Below are positions 27,000 to 40,453 of a DNA stretch of 64,000 bases, one piece after another. The stretch lies in NCBI RefSeq assembly GCF_009914755.1, contig NC_060931.1; one strand, given 5' to 3'. Numbering within the stretch: position 1 is the first letter of the stretch; every line of letters starts with the position of its first letter. A model generated the notes under the pieces. It was not told where the DNA came from. It did no database searches and saw nothing but the letters and a program-made list of their open reading frames with translations. The translations under genes and the position numbers were made by a program. This stretch comes from the human T2T-CHM13v2.0 reference genome, Homo sapiens.

Positions 27000-27910
27000 T
27001 TTTTGCTTTATTTCTATTTTGAGATGATAATAGATTCAGAAGAAATCACAAAGCATAGTACAGACAGGTCCCTGTCACATCTTATAGGTTCAATGGTAGC
27101 ATCCTGCATAACTAGTACAATGCCAAAACCAGGAAAGTGGCATTGGTACAATCCACAGAACTTATTCAGATTTCCAGTTTTATTTGTACGTGTGTGTGTG
27201 TGTGTGTGTGTGTATGTTTTATGCAGTTTTATCACATGTAGGTCTGGGTACTCACTAACACAGTCAAGACACAGAAAACTTCCATCTACAGAAAGATCCC
27301 ATGTTGCCATTTTATAACCACACCTACGTTACCCCCCACTTCTTCCCCACCTCCTGAATCCTAGTTCCTGGCCATCACTAACCTATTCTCCATTTCTATA
27401 GTTTTGTCATTTCAAAAATGCTATACAAATATGTAACCATTGGGTATTGGTTTTCTTCATTCAGCATAATTCCCCTGAGATCCAACTGAGGTATTGGGTG
27501 TATCCATAATTTGTCCTTTTTTATTGTTGAGCAGTATTCCACAGAATGAAGGTAGCACAATTTAACCATTCAACCACTGAAGGGCATCTGGGTTATTTCT
27601 GGGTTTTGGCAATTATAAATAAAGCTGTTATGAATACCCGTGTACAGGTTTTTTTTTTTGTAGGCATAAATCCACAAACGACCAAAAATGAAATTACTGA
27701 ATTGTGTGGTACTTGGATGTTTACATTTATAGAAAACAGGCAAATTCTTTCCATAATGGCTGTGACATAATACATTACTACCAGCAATGTATGAGAGAGC
27801 CAGTTTCTCAGCTCGCTTGCAATAATTTGGTGGCATCTCTAATTTTTATTTTAACCATTCTAATAGGCGTGTAGTGATATGGTGGTTTTACTTGAATTTT
27901 CCTGATGGAT
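27000..27910 (-). mobile_element. L1 3' end (L1MC/L1MD-like) with internal (TG)n at about 27190-27213
   Basis: Reverse L1 3'UTR/ORF2 motifs (TTGGCAATTATAAATAAAGCTGTTATGAA; CCAGCAATGTATGAGAG). Confidence 0.8.
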
Positions 27911-29207
27911 GATTCTTTTGACTATGGCCTAATCTAATACTAGTTTCATATGGCTAAAAAGAACTGAGAAGCATGTCACTATGCAAAGTTACCCTGAATT
28001 TATAGACAGGCTGAAAAATCAGTCATAGCTTAATCTATAATAGTACAAGTAGCAGCCATAGTAGTAATCATGCTTTTTAGATAGAGTGTGAATATACTGT
28101 GTTGGGTGGAAACTACAAGATTACTTGGATATAGTAATGGGGCGTCGTTCCACAAGATGAAACCACTGAAATGTCTTTAGCAGTTGAGTTAAAATAAATG
28201 TAAATGGTTATGATTGTTCTTTGCTGCTATGATTTTTTAATGGTAATATTTATACTTTTGGAAAAGAAGTGCAGTGGAGAGATAATTATTGTGATGGGTA
28301 AAGCTGCTTTCAGATATTTCTGAGAACTGAGTCATGTTTTTTTTCTCTAGTACCTCACTTCTGCTTTTAGTTACATGACCCTCAAACTGAGGAACCTAGT
28401 AATGCTTTCTGAACCTGATGAAATTATAACTGAAAAAAATGGACAGTTCTTTTTAGCAGATGAATTCATGGATTCCTCGGAAGGCTGAGTTCTCCAAGAG
28501 CTGAGTAAGGTTATTTAGTGATGGACTGATGGGAGACGTGTATGCCTCTGAAGCTCACTGAGTTTTGGCCACAGCATACTAATACCCCAAACACACAGTT
28601 TGCTCTTCTTAGCAGGTATTAAGTTGAATATTGGGTTAGCTTCATGATCATAAATGAGGTGAAAAAAATCAAGAGGCCTATTTTCTGTTTGATGGGAAGA
28701 GGTGAGACCTATCAGTGGGCATTTTAATATGCAGACAATTAATCTGCAGTCAGGCAAGGAGCATTCATGTCGTCAACTTACTGAAGCCTCCAGCAACCTT
28801 CTGTTGGACAGTGAGAGGCATAGTTCTTCCAGCTCATCACCAAGTATGTCTTCCCACAACCTCTGCTTCCTTGAGCCCGAGCTGCCTAGGACCCAAAAGC
28901 AGACGTGGGTAAAGGAGCATGTGGTCAGACAGAGGGAAGAGCAACTTCCCTACTCAACCTGTTAGTGCTGACAAAAATTAATTATATTTCCTGCAAAATC
29001 ATTGGAAAATATTATTCTGTTTGTTCTCATGTGGAGAAAAACAATGTGGCTGCATTTTTGCAAATCAGAAGACAGTGAAAATCAGGGTAGAGACAGATGC
29101 AAGATACAAATTGTTAGGGATCCCTGAATTCATTCCCAGCAATAAGCTCTATCTGGGATTTGTTGTGAACAAGGCCAGTGACGTAAGAATAATGACTTTT
29201 GCTTTAG

Positions 29208-29354
29208 GTGGGAGATCTAAAAGCCAGACTTGCCTCTCAAGAAGCCGAGCTGCAACTGAGAAATCATGATGCCGAAGCTCTGATCACAAAGATCGGCCTT
29301 CAGACGGAGAAAGTGAGCCGGGAAAAGACCATCGCTGATGCTGAGGAGCGAAAG
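29208..29354 (+). CDS. DNAH11: Dynein heavy chain exon 5 (147 nt), stalk CC1
   Basis: Acceptor GCTTTAG|GTG; [49 protein letters not shown]; donor AAG|GTCAGG. Confidence 0.95.
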
Positions 29355-30518
29355 GTCAGGCTAATTCCAACATTTAGAGTGCGGAGCTATATTTAGCACA
29401 AAATAAACCTTGGTAGGTGAACAATTTTGAACAACTTCCTCTCCAGGGAGCATAAAGTCTAAAGAATTATTATAGTTACACATGTAACAGCATTTCACAC
29501 CGTGATTACCACTTGACCTTTCTTTACATTATGCATTTCCCCAACCTTTTAGCTCTTTTAATGATATGAAAGAACAATAAATACTGAGCTCATTCAAGCA
29601 TATAATGGATGTGGATCTTGAACATCAGGCCCATTTGTAATACAGTAAAGGTCAGGAAGTCACCTCTGAGGTTTTTAAAGGTTTCCACTTTTTAGGCAAA
29701 TTGAACAACTCAATTGTTAACAAAGCCCATTCCGTCACTTTGCAAGATGGTTTTCAAATTTTGCATTTTAATAATACAACTGGAGTTTATTATTAAGTCC
29801 TAAGCTAAATTTGTTCTTTTTGATTCGATCGAGGCCCTGGCATTCTGTATTATGTTTTATTGTTGGAAATAATTCCCTTTAAGATTATATAGATTCTGCT
29901 TTCTTTCTACTCAGGTTTCTAGCAATTCTGAAATAAGTACACTGTCTTTTGTCATCTTCTTTTACCAAAACGTCAGCTACAAATGGAAGACATAGTTTTG
30001 TACATCTGATATCTCAAAAGAAATACCATAGTAAACAGAAAAATTTTAATACATACTTGTTTAAAAATTGAGTGTATATGTGTAAGGTAAAAAATTCTTA
30101 TTTTAGACAAAAAAGTATAATCAGGGCCTAATTAATAAAAAGTTATAAGTTGCTAACATTCTCACAGCCATTGAATTGGTAGTGATTATGCCATTTTTCT
30201 TGTATTTTATGTTACCTGAAAATATTTGAGTTTTTCCAGTGGTGTTGCCATTCATATACAATTGAGTTGATTTTCTTTTTTTTTTCCAATGCATATTGAG
30301 CATGTTTTCCTTGCACAACTAAAGGCTTGAAAAGTATATTGAACATCAAAACTCTAAAAGGACAGTTTTAAGAAATAAGATTATGGCATTTAAAATTGAA
30401 GATAAGGCACATTTGGCATGCCCTATGTGATCAGCGGGCATGTAATTCCTAATTTGGGTTGTAAATGTTTCTGTTGAGTTTCAGATAAGTGGAGAATGTC
30501 CTTAAAAGTATATTAATG

Positions 30519-30655
30519 GGCTGAGTACAGTGGCCTGTAATCCCTGCACTTAGGGAGGCAGAGGCAGGAGGATAGCTTCAGCCCAGGAGTTCGAGACCTG
30601 CCTGGACAACATAATGAGACCCCATTCTCCATAAAAGAGGGGCAAAAAAGACAAA
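30519..30655 (+). pseudogene. BC200 (BCYRN1)-type retrocopy (monomeric Alu-derived)
   Basis: Monomer with AGGGAGGC, GGATAGCTT, GAGACCTGCCTGG and GAGACCCCATTCTCCA plus tail AAAAGACAAA; these match the BC200 sequence as I remember it rather than FLAM/Alu. Confidence 0.8.
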
Positions 30656-31972
30656 GCATGTTATTCCATTGAGCAATTAGGTATCACACATGATACAGTC
30701 ATCGTTAGCTAATTCTACCCAGGGAATATTTTTCAGGCATTACACAAACGTGTGATGTTCTAGTAATTATATCATAACCTGTCATCACAGATACTTTTTG
30801 GAAACTTAAAATATAAATACTCTAGAGATGTTTTTTTGCATTTTTACATTTGAATTCCCAAGGAAAAATTACCCTCATAAAAGGAGAAAGAAGTTTTAGC
30901 AAATTAGAACTCATCTGACAGGTTGTTTAGTGAAGTTCTTCAAACACAAAGAAGGGACATACTATTTTTTATGTTTAATCCATACCAAGACATAAAAATA
31001 AAACTTCTAAACATTTTCATTTTATCCATGGAGCTGGATGTTAATAACAAATATTAACATCTATTTTGTCACCAGGCAGTGTTGTAGACTATTAGGGATA
31101 TTTGACAAGCAGGGGTCTCTCATGTAGATTACATTGCAGTGGAAAAGACCGACATGAGACAAGTAACACGTTGAGAAGCTGGATATTTTGAGATAAGTGC
31201 TCTGATGAAAATCCAGTAGAGAGACATGATGGTGGGAAGGAACTATTGTAAATTGGATATTCATGGAAGAAAGTTCTTTTGTAATTAAACTAGAAAGCAT
31301 CTAGAAATTCATCAATACCTGAATCCATGCTCTGTGTTCACATTTGTCATATGTTCAGCAATGTGCTAGATACTATGCTATGCCATACTAAAGGGGGTGA
31401 ATATGGACTGTTTCTGGTCCTATGAAATTGGGATCTCAAGTCTTCAAACATGAGCAGTAATTTAAAAGTAATGCTGCATAACTCACAAAGTACACAGCCA
31501 CGTTTAACATGACTAAATAAATGTTGGGGTTAGAGAATGTCTTGCCGTGAACCTTGACAGCCCATGTAGAGAGGCAGGTTGAAATCATTGCTTCAAATCT
31601 ATAAGGTAATCAAGGGCGATTTGAACCACTGGGCATTGCCAGCAGTGACTTCCAAATCACACAAGCATCATCAAGCCTGTGAAAATTAGTTCTTCTTCCA
31701 CCTTTGTTTGGCTTCTCAGCTCCAAATTCTAAAATGCTGAGAATTCTCTCATTGCTTTCAAACTGTGTTCTCCCTTGAGTAGAGTGTAAACCTTTATGAG
31801 TAGAGGCGCCTTCTAAATTGAAGCGCTAATATCATCTCTTCAAAAGTTGAGCATCAATCTTGATTTGGAATGGCCATCAGTTTTTGTGTGTGTTTCTGTT
31901 CTGAATGTGGGTGGGCCTGGGTTTTAGAGGATCATAAGGAAATTCTTATAATCTAAAGGCAGACAAGTGCAC

Positions 31973-32364
31973 TGTATCCACTTGCTAAGGCTGCCATGAC
32001 AAAAATACCACATGGGGTATTTTGGGAGATTGGGAGGGTTAAACAGTAGAAGTTTATTTTCTCCAAATTCTGGAGGCTGGAAGTCCAAGATCAAAGTATT
32101 GGCAAGTTTGGTTTCTCCTTCTGTGACTTGCAGATGGCTGCCTTCTTGCTGTATCATCACATGATCTTTTCACTGTGATTACTTCTGCTGATGTGTCTTG
32201 TGTGTGTCCAAACTTCTCACCCCAGTCAGTTTGGATTAGGGCTCACCCTAATGACCTCAGTTTAACCTGATCACCTTGTAAAGGCCCTGTCTCCAGATAC
32301 AGTCACATGGTGAGCTTGGGTCTTCAAAATATGAATTTTGGGTGGACACAGTTTAGCTCATAAC
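31973..32364. mobile_element. MLT1 (MaLR) solo LTR
   Basis: GCTAAGGCTGCCATGACAAAA...TTCTGGAGGCTGGAAGTCCAAGATCAA...GGATTAGGGCTCACCCTAATGACCTC...ATATGAATTTTGGG...CATAACA. Confidence 0.88.
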
Positions 32365-32879
32365 AAGCAGTTATTGGGACCTCATTCTCTTTATTCTCTC
32401 CCTGTGATCACCACTAATCTTAAGAACATCTGCAAGGGGCTGTTGACTAATGCAAGGCAGAGAATTTCTGGTCTACCCAAGGGTGAAACTGTCTCCAAAT
32501 TCCTGCTTTAACTTACAGTTGTAGGGGGAAAGCACACTCTCTAGGCACTCCCTGCAACTCTTCTCCTGTTTTATAGGTTGAGCCTTGCTGACCACTGCCT
32601 AGGAGCCACTGGGCAAAGGAAATTGTACACTGGCTTAACAGCTTACTGAGATATACAGAATTTTCACTCTTCTAGTATTGTCGCACCTTAGGGTAAACGG
32701 TATTGAGAATGAGAAATCAGTTGACCAACCTGAGAATCCTGTTCATTTGTATAAGTGAGTTTTTATTTAATGTTCAAGATTGTTTTGTTTATAAAAATTA
32801 CCCAAAGGAAAAATACTCCATTAATAGTAAAGGAGTCAGAAAAGAGTAGCAGCTCCTAGGCTGATAGAAATGGCACTTT

Positions 32880-33201
<322 letters not shown>

Positions 33202-34670
33202 TTAAGGTTTTATCCAGTACCAAAAATCTATGATCCTGATTCCAATTTAAAATGATTTTTTAATGATGCCATTATAAATGTTAACAAACAGCATTTATAG
33301 ATTCACTGTGTCCTTATGGAAAATAAATAAACCTGAGATGATAACTCCTTCACTCACATAAACTCTTTTATCTGTAGCAGTGTTCTGTAGCATACAGAAA
33401 ATTTTCATGGTCCATTCCTGGCAGCTTTTGAGGGTTGTGGTTTTGGAGTAGTTCTCAGTAAGCATGCAGGGTTCTCCGATTTACATTAACAATAGCTGTG
33501 TGTGTATTAGCAGGAGGCCACATATCTACCCCGAATCAATTATGTTTATAAAAGGTACAGTACACAGCAAAATAATGGTTAATCAGGAGAAGGGTAATTA
33601 CTGCTAATAAAGCTGTAGTAGACAACATAATTTGTTGTGAGCAGTGTTTAATTTTATGGTATAGTTAAACCTGTTCATTTCAAATACATCTGAAGAAATA
33701 CACTTTTGTTCACACTTTATATTCCACAATCACCATCACCACGGGAACCGTCTCCCATGGTGGCTAGATCCTGGTGCCCAGTGCCACAGCTTTGAAACTC
33801 AAATTTCTACTGAGGACTAAAAATTCACTCTTCCTGGCCTTTCAGATTCTATAGGTATCTTAAGGAGAGGAGGATAAGCCACTTCCCACCCCCGCCCTGT
33901 CTTCTCATTTTGGTTTGGTTCAAGTTTACCAGCATGACTTTCCTCTATATTATATATCATGTCAGAAGGCTGATGCAGCACCCTCTGTGTCTTGGGAAGA
34001 GGTGCCACTGGATCCACAAGAGGAGAGTGGGTATCAGTGTTATTGTTCCAATACCGAAGGCAGATGTGGGCTCTTGCATCTCTGGTTTCTTATCATGTCC
34101 GTGGAGAAACCAGTAATTCGTCTTCACTAAAATTTTATTTATAGTTAGGCATGCGATCCATGACCACAGAATAGAATATCTTCTAGCCAGTTGATCAAAA
34201 GAGCTTCAGATCTGTTCTTTAGGAATAGCCAACATGGCTTCTAAGCAAAAGTTAGCAAAAATTAGAGAATCCTAGCAAGAACATTTTGTGGTCTAGGTTA
34301 CTAAGCTAGCCCAGATGTTTGTTAATCCAGGACTCTCTGAAAAAGAAAACTGAAGAACAGAGGAATCACTTAATCTTGCTTTTACTATTAGTGGTACCTT
34401 ATAATTGAGTTAGTCAAAGCTTTTCTTGGAGCATTTTGGAACTTGAATCCATTTATGTTGAGATTTGTTACTGTGTGTTTTTTACATGTACAAAACTTTG
34501 TATATATACTATGTCTAAAGGAAAATTAGTCTGTTTAACAAATTCCTCACCTGTTCAAAGTACAGAGAAATGAATTATTTAACAGTGCATCTGAGTCAAC
34601 CTCCATTTTTCTTTAGAGATATCTGTGATAATAATTTATACGGGTTTGTGTGCTTTTCCTCTTTAATTAG

Positions 34671-34784
34671 GTGACAGCCATTCAGACTGAAGTGTTCCAG
34701 AAACAGAGAGAATGTGAAGCTGACTTACTCAAGGCTGAGCCTGCACTGGTGGCTGCTACAGCTGCACTCAATACACTCAACAGG
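34671..34784 (+). CDS. DNAH11: Dynein heavy chain exon 6 (114 nt), end of CC1 with the conserved proline
   Basis: Acceptor TTTAATTAG|GTG; [38 protein letters not shown]; donor AGG|GTAAAG. Not in the supplied ORF track. Confidence 0.95.
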
Positions 34785-35659
34785 GTAAAGATAATTTATT
34801 GGTCCCTGAGTTTCCTCAAAGTAATATTTAAAGGTTATTAGAGTTTGAATAACTGAGCTGAGAGAGTAGCCCATTACAGCCAAAAAGTATTTTAAAAGGA
34901 AAGAAGCACCCATGAAATATTAAAGTTGAAACAAACCATTGAGGTCATCATTATAGTTCAACTTCTTTTCCCCATCCAGGACCCTGTTCTACGGCACCCC
35001 AATAAGCAGTCTCCTTTTGAATATTTCCAACAGTGTGGGATTTATACTCTTAGGAAAGGCAACTGGATTGTTGGTAACTGGATTTGACCCAAATCCAATT
35101 TTTCATATCATGTGTTGCTTTAAGAACTAGGCGAAGGATTCTTTATTTCCTCTGGAATATAAAGAGTAGCATTGATGAGAGACCCTCATGGAAAGAACAA
35201 TGGGAGCAAAGATACCTAGGTTTGGTCCCCACCATTTCTTCGAGCTTCATGTTGTTTGTGAAACCTCCCTAAGCGTTCACATTCTTATAAGAGAAAGTAA
35301 GCTGTGTTCATCACTAGCATATTGTTAGGGAAAGTGAAATGGGGGGCAATGTTCTTTTAAGAGCCTGCAGCTAATCTCATCCTGGGGTCTTCTGCCAGAC
35401 CTCTGGGGAGAGCTCAGGAAATCACTGGGCCTGAGATTCTTAAGATTCCATTTCAAAAAGGAAAGAATCGAGATTTTCACTGTTCTTCATAGAAATCCTG
35501 AATTCGTTTTGTAAGTATTTTTTGAAGAAAATAATTTTGACTGTGGCTAAGGAGATACTTACATGGGTATTTCTTAGAGTACCATAAAACTGAAAAATTT
35601 TAAATGGAAACGTACCATGACAGAACTCTGATTATTACGCATTCAAATAGCCTGCTGCC

Positions 35660-35890
35660 GTTAAAATAATATTGTTAAATGCTAATTAGCAATGTGACAC
35701 ATTAACCATGATATATTAAGTGAATAAAGCAGATTATAAAATAGGGTATTTTATATGACTAATTCTTTTGGTAAGAATATGTGCACAGAAAAAGATTGGC
35801 AAAAAGTAAGAGTAATTGGTCGTCTCTGAGTAATGGAATATTTATTTTCTTTATTGTGTTTCTCTAAATTTGCAAATTTTTCTCTGAATA
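35660..35890 (+). mobile_element. Old L1ME 3'UTR fragment
   Basis: ATGATATATTAAGTGAATAAAGCAGATTATAAAATAG motif. Confidence 0.55.
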
Positions 35891-36542
35891 ATTACTCTTT
35901 ACTCGGGCAAAATAGCTCCACTTAAAATATGAAGCTGTGTATATGTATAAGTTATAAAAGAATCTTGGTTAGCCAGCTCTCAATTCTTACTAGCATATTT
36001 TAAGACTTTGTTTTTGTTCTTGCTTTCACTCTGTTTCCATTCTTTGTAATCATGTACCAAATAAATAGGCAGCTTCTGATAAGGGAGCAGAATCAGGTTC
36101 AACATTTGATAAGGTTTTATAAGCAAGAGTGTATTATGTAGCACATAAAGTATCACAGGAAATACGTGGTTGGTTGTTTTTGTTTTTCAAATCATGTATT
36201 AAATATCATAAGCCTACATGAGCTTCTTATATGTGCTATTACCTGCCTCAAAGTGTTTGCCCTGATACATATAATTTATACTATTAATATCATCTGTTGG
36301 ATTAATCAATGGCATCACCTGAGGAGACAAAGGAGTAGAGAAGAAAGTTCAGCCTATCTTGGCCCTCTCCTAGTTGAGAGTTCCTGTAGTGTAATGGAAG
36401 ATATTTCTTTCTTGTACATGTAAGACAGAAAAACAAACCTAAGAGACACTGAATTAAGGAATTATGTGTCTGGGAGGGGCTTGGTTAAGATGCAAATCTA
36501 TTACATAGTGGGATAGAACCTATAAATATCTTACAACATATA

Positions 36543-36545
<3 letters not shown>

Positions 36546-36579
<34 letters not shown>
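36546..36579 (+). repeat. (GT)17 microsatellite
   Basis: Perfect GT run about 295 nt upstream of exon 7. Confidence 0.97.
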
Positions 36580-36581
<2 letters not shown>

Positions 36582-36873
36582 CCTGGCCTCAGTGAGCAGG
36601 GCTCTGCAGGACTGATATATAGATATATAGATCATTTTTCTTGAAGGCAAGAAAGGGCAGTGATGTTTCCAGAGTATCAGAGAAGTGCCCAGCAAGAACT
36701 GAACGTCCTGGAGTTCCAAGGTGGAGTCCCCAGGTGGCAAAGAATTGCCAAATTGAGACTGGTTTGATAAGGAGAAGTGGGAGTCCACTAAAGCCTTGCT
36801 TGGCAACTTACAGAGCTTCTCCAGACTTCCGCTAATCCTGTCTGTGTACGTGTTTCTGTGTGCTTTTCTTCAG

Positions 36874-37017
36874 GTCAACCTCAGTGAGCTGAAAGCCTTT
36901 CCCAACCCTCCCATCGCAGTTACCAATGTTACTGCAGCCGTGATGGTCCTTCTGGCTCCTCGGGGAAGAGTGCCCAAAGACCGAAGTTGGAAAGCAGCTA
37001 AAGTCTTCATGGGAAAG
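36874..37017 (+). CDS. DNAH11: Dynein heavy chain exon 7 (144 nt), MTBD first half
   Basis: Acceptor TTTTCTTCAG|GTC; [48 protein letters not shown]; donor AAG|GTATCA. Confidence 0.97.
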
Positions 37018-37650
37018 GTATCAGCCCAGCCTGGCAAGATGAAAATCCTGATAATTTCCATACTGTTTTCAGTACTGTGGTTATGCTTAATAGCAAAAGA
37101 TGTTTAAGTCAGAAGAAATCATCTTCATAGTTGCTGAATGTAATCTACTGTATATGTTCTCTAGACTTACAGCTTTTGTTTGCCAAGTTGGAAGTTAGCT
37201 TGGGGTTATGGCATACCTAAGTCAATGCCAGCAGCAGGTGGAAGGTTGCTAATTATTTGCAAAATTATGAAAGCAGTTAAGTGTAGGAGGGAGAAAATGA
37301 CATGGATTTCTTAGGCTGGAAAAATGTTGCTAATGTATAGGAAGGTGAAGCACAGGGGATTTTTGGTGTGTTTTTTGCTTTTTATTTTCTGCCTTTCTTT
37401 TCTTCAAAATGTGAATACCTCCTGTGCTGGGACTGAATATTTTACCCTGGGATAGAAGAGGTTTTAAAAGTGTCCATTGCTAATTCTGACTTCGTACTAT
37501 AAAGACTGAAAAAGTCAAACAGTAGGATAAATGCAGCTTGCCAATTTTGCTTTTGTAATGTGAGTCCTAAAAGCTGATTTTAACTTTTGATCTTGGAATT
37601 TTCTCTGCAGCCAAAATGGGTTCATTGCAATAAATCTTTTTGCTTTGCAG

Positions 37651-37833
37651 GTTGATGATTTTTTGCAAGCATTAATTAACTATGACAAAGAGCACATTCC
37701 AGAGAACTGTCTAAAAGTGGTGAATGAACACTATTTGAAAGACCCAGAGTTTAATCCAAACCTGATTCGAACCAAATCTTTTGCAGCAGCTGGCCTGTGT
37801 GCCTGGGTCATCAACATCATTAAATTCTATGAG
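37651..37833 (+). CDS. DNAH11: Dynein heavy chain exon 8 (183 nt), MTBD second half
   Basis: Acceptor CTTTGCAG|GTT; [17 protein letters not shown]...[20 protein letters not shown]; donor GAG|GTATCA. Confidence 0.97.
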
Positions 37834-39237
37834 GTATCAATCCTAAATTGATTGTTTACAGATGTTCTCCACAAAGGGCTGCAAACACATCAATTTCTAG
37901 GTCAGCGAGAAGAGTAAAATTTGTTATTTCATTTTCTGAATAAGGATATGTAGTTCTAAGACTAAGACATGAGCATGTTAGAGTAAACAATTCTCTACAG
38001 GAGGATATTTGAAATGTTAGAAACTATCTTTTTTTGGGCAGAGTGATTGGCTCCTTTAGATTAAAGAGCAGTAAGTAATTAGATGAAAACTTTTATATGA
38101 ATTTTACTTATTTACATTTAAATATTTAATTCATGTTGACTTGAAACAACTGCAAATCTGAATTCACATCAAATGAAATGTAGCGCCTGCTCTCAAAGCA
38201 AATATTCACACCATCTGTATTGTTGACATAGTGAGATGAGGAAATAACCATTTCTTTGCTTTAGTATTTTAATGACAGGTAAGTTTTGTGCCTATATGTG
38301 ATCTAACCTAAAATTTGTACTTTTCGGCAGTGTAGAGATAGATTATACTTTCATGTAGTCATTTATTTATCAAATATTTATCACCGACCAACTGTATCCC
38401 AAGCACTTTGCTGAGTACTTGATCTAATAAGGGAACAATGCATGGCTCACAACTCTGAAGAACTCTCATTTTTGTCTTAGAGGGTTGTATGTTATATTCA
38501 AATATGGAATTACTGAGAAAAAGTCAGTGTAGTCAATTCAATTCCCAAAGTAATTTTCATAAAGCCAGGTTATTTCCTTTATACTGTGGGGCCCACAGGG
38601 ATAGGACTCTCTTGATCTCTCTCTCTCTTTAGTGGCAATCTTCATAAGGCAAGAGTTTAGACAGGTTGTGGTTGATGTACGGCCTCTCTGCATAATAAAA
38701 TGTCTCAGCCCCGTCTTCTACTTGTACAGTAGGTGAAAAGACAAGCATAGAGCTTGACTGTGGCTGCATTCTGTGTTTATTTTGCTATAAAATAGGAAAG
38801 AAAATTTAATTTCCTTGCTCTCTCCCCACCAGCAGAAAAAAAATTGATCCACCTAAATTCTCAGATGGTCCATTCAAACAACATGTGCTTAAGGTGGTTG
38901 GGAACTTAGACAAGAAAGTGACAATGTGGTTGATGTTGTGTGGATATCTCCCACCCTCCTTTCTGTGTTGAGAATTTTTCCACACTTATTTTCTGCCTTA
39001 AAGGCCAGACATGATCTCAGCATTGGCTATAGTTCCTGCACAATGCAATTTCTAGTAATATGAGGCGTATCTTCACATTTTATGACAAATTGATTTTAAT
39101 ATCTTAATGGTGTTTGACTTATATCGCATTTTATGCAAGTACTTGTAACTCTAAGGTCCAGATTAAATAAGTAAAATAATGGTGGACCAGAGAGAATGTG
39201 GAAGGCTATGTGGATTGTGCTCTGCCTTTAGGTATTA

Positions 39238-39429
<192 letters not shown>

Positions 39430-39490
39430 CTATCTGGGATTGAATGATTACTTATCCTCTTTGTATCTGTATTAATTCATGAATTTTCAG

Positions 39491-39592
39491 GTCTACTGTG
39501 ATGTGGAGCCAAAACGCCAAGCATTAGCCCAAGCAAACTTAGAACTGGCTGCAGCTACTGAAAAACTAGAGGCTATCAGGAAAAAGCTTGTG
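39491..39592 (+). CDS. DNAH11: Dynein heavy chain exon 9 (102 nt), start of CC2
   Basis: Acceptor ATTTTCAG|GTC; [34 protein letters not shown] (VEPK proline); donor GTG|GTGAGT. Confidence 0.95.
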
Positions 39593-40003
39593 GTGAGTGC
39601 AAACTATGACATTGAAAAGGTTCCCAAGAGGTGGTCGCTGCCTCCACCTTAGGATTCCACCCTCAGACAGCACCATATCTGAGCCCTATCAAGCAGAAAG
39701 GAATTCGATCTTCCATGAGTGTATTTCCTTATATACCATTCAGTAGGTATTTCTTATCTGCTCTGTGGTAGATGCTGAACTGGGAAAGTGCAAATGTTCA
39801 TGGTTTCTACAGCTAAGAAACATTTGCAGTCTGATAGTGGAAAGGGGAGGGCAGCACATAGTGATTCCAGGTAAGGCTTCTGGAGTCAGACTATCTGGCT
39901 TATATCTTGGCTCCACTGTTTACTGTTGCATCCCGTACAAGGTAGTTAACCTCTATGAGCCTCTGTTTTCTCATCTGTGAAACAGGTATTATAATAATAA
40001 GCA

Positions 40004-40013
40004 TTTCTTTCTC

Positions 40014-40069
<56 letters not shown>

Positions 40070-40099
40070 TTTTCTTTCTTTCTTTCTTTCTTTCTTTTT

Positions 40100-40142
<43 letters not shown>

Positions 40143-40216
40143 CTCTCCTTCCTTCCTTTTCTTTCTTTCTTTCTTTCTTTCCTTTCCCCTCCCTCCCTCC
40201 CTCCCTTCCTTCCTTC
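40004..40216 (+). repeat. (TTTC)n/(CCTT)n pure-pyrimidine tract, 213 nt
   Basis: No purine on the + strand from 40004 to 40216. Confidence 0.98.
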
Positions 40217-40348
40217 ATTTTATTTTAAGTTCCAGGGTGGATGTGCAGGCTTGTTACACAGGTAAATATGTGCCATGGTGGTTTGCTGCTCCTATCAACC
40301 AATCACCTAGGTATTAAGCCTGTCATTCATTAGCTATTTTTCCTGAAT
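40217..40348 (-). mobile_element. L1PA 3' end (older primate subfamily), truncated
   Basis: TTTTATTTTAAGTTCCAGGG...ATGTGCAGG...GTGCCATGGTGGTTTGCTGC...CTAGGTATTAAGCC...CATTAGCTATT. Confidence 0.88.
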
Positions 40349-40453
40349 AGTGTCCATTTCTTAGGTAGAACTGTGGGGATTTAAATAAGAGTAATTCATA
40401 TTAAGAATTTACCATGGTACTTGGCACATAGTAAGTGCTTAGAAAATATTTTC

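Larger units (their letters stand above)
39850..40445 (+). mobile_element. MIR split by an L1 insertion
   Basis: MIR core (CTCTGTTTTCTCATCTGTGAAA) before 40000; MIR 3' part (TGGCACATAGTAAGTGCTT) after 40365. Confidence 0.75.

Noticed and set aside
39593-39625. In-frame extension of exon 9 (VSANYDIEK) to AAG|GTTCCC
   Set aside because: That donor is weak, GTG|GTGAGT at 39592 is near consensus, and exon 10 is needed to give CC2 a length matching CC1.
39946-40317. Long K/E/R-rich and F/S/L-rich ORFs
   Set aside because: Translations of the (TTTC)n microsatellite.
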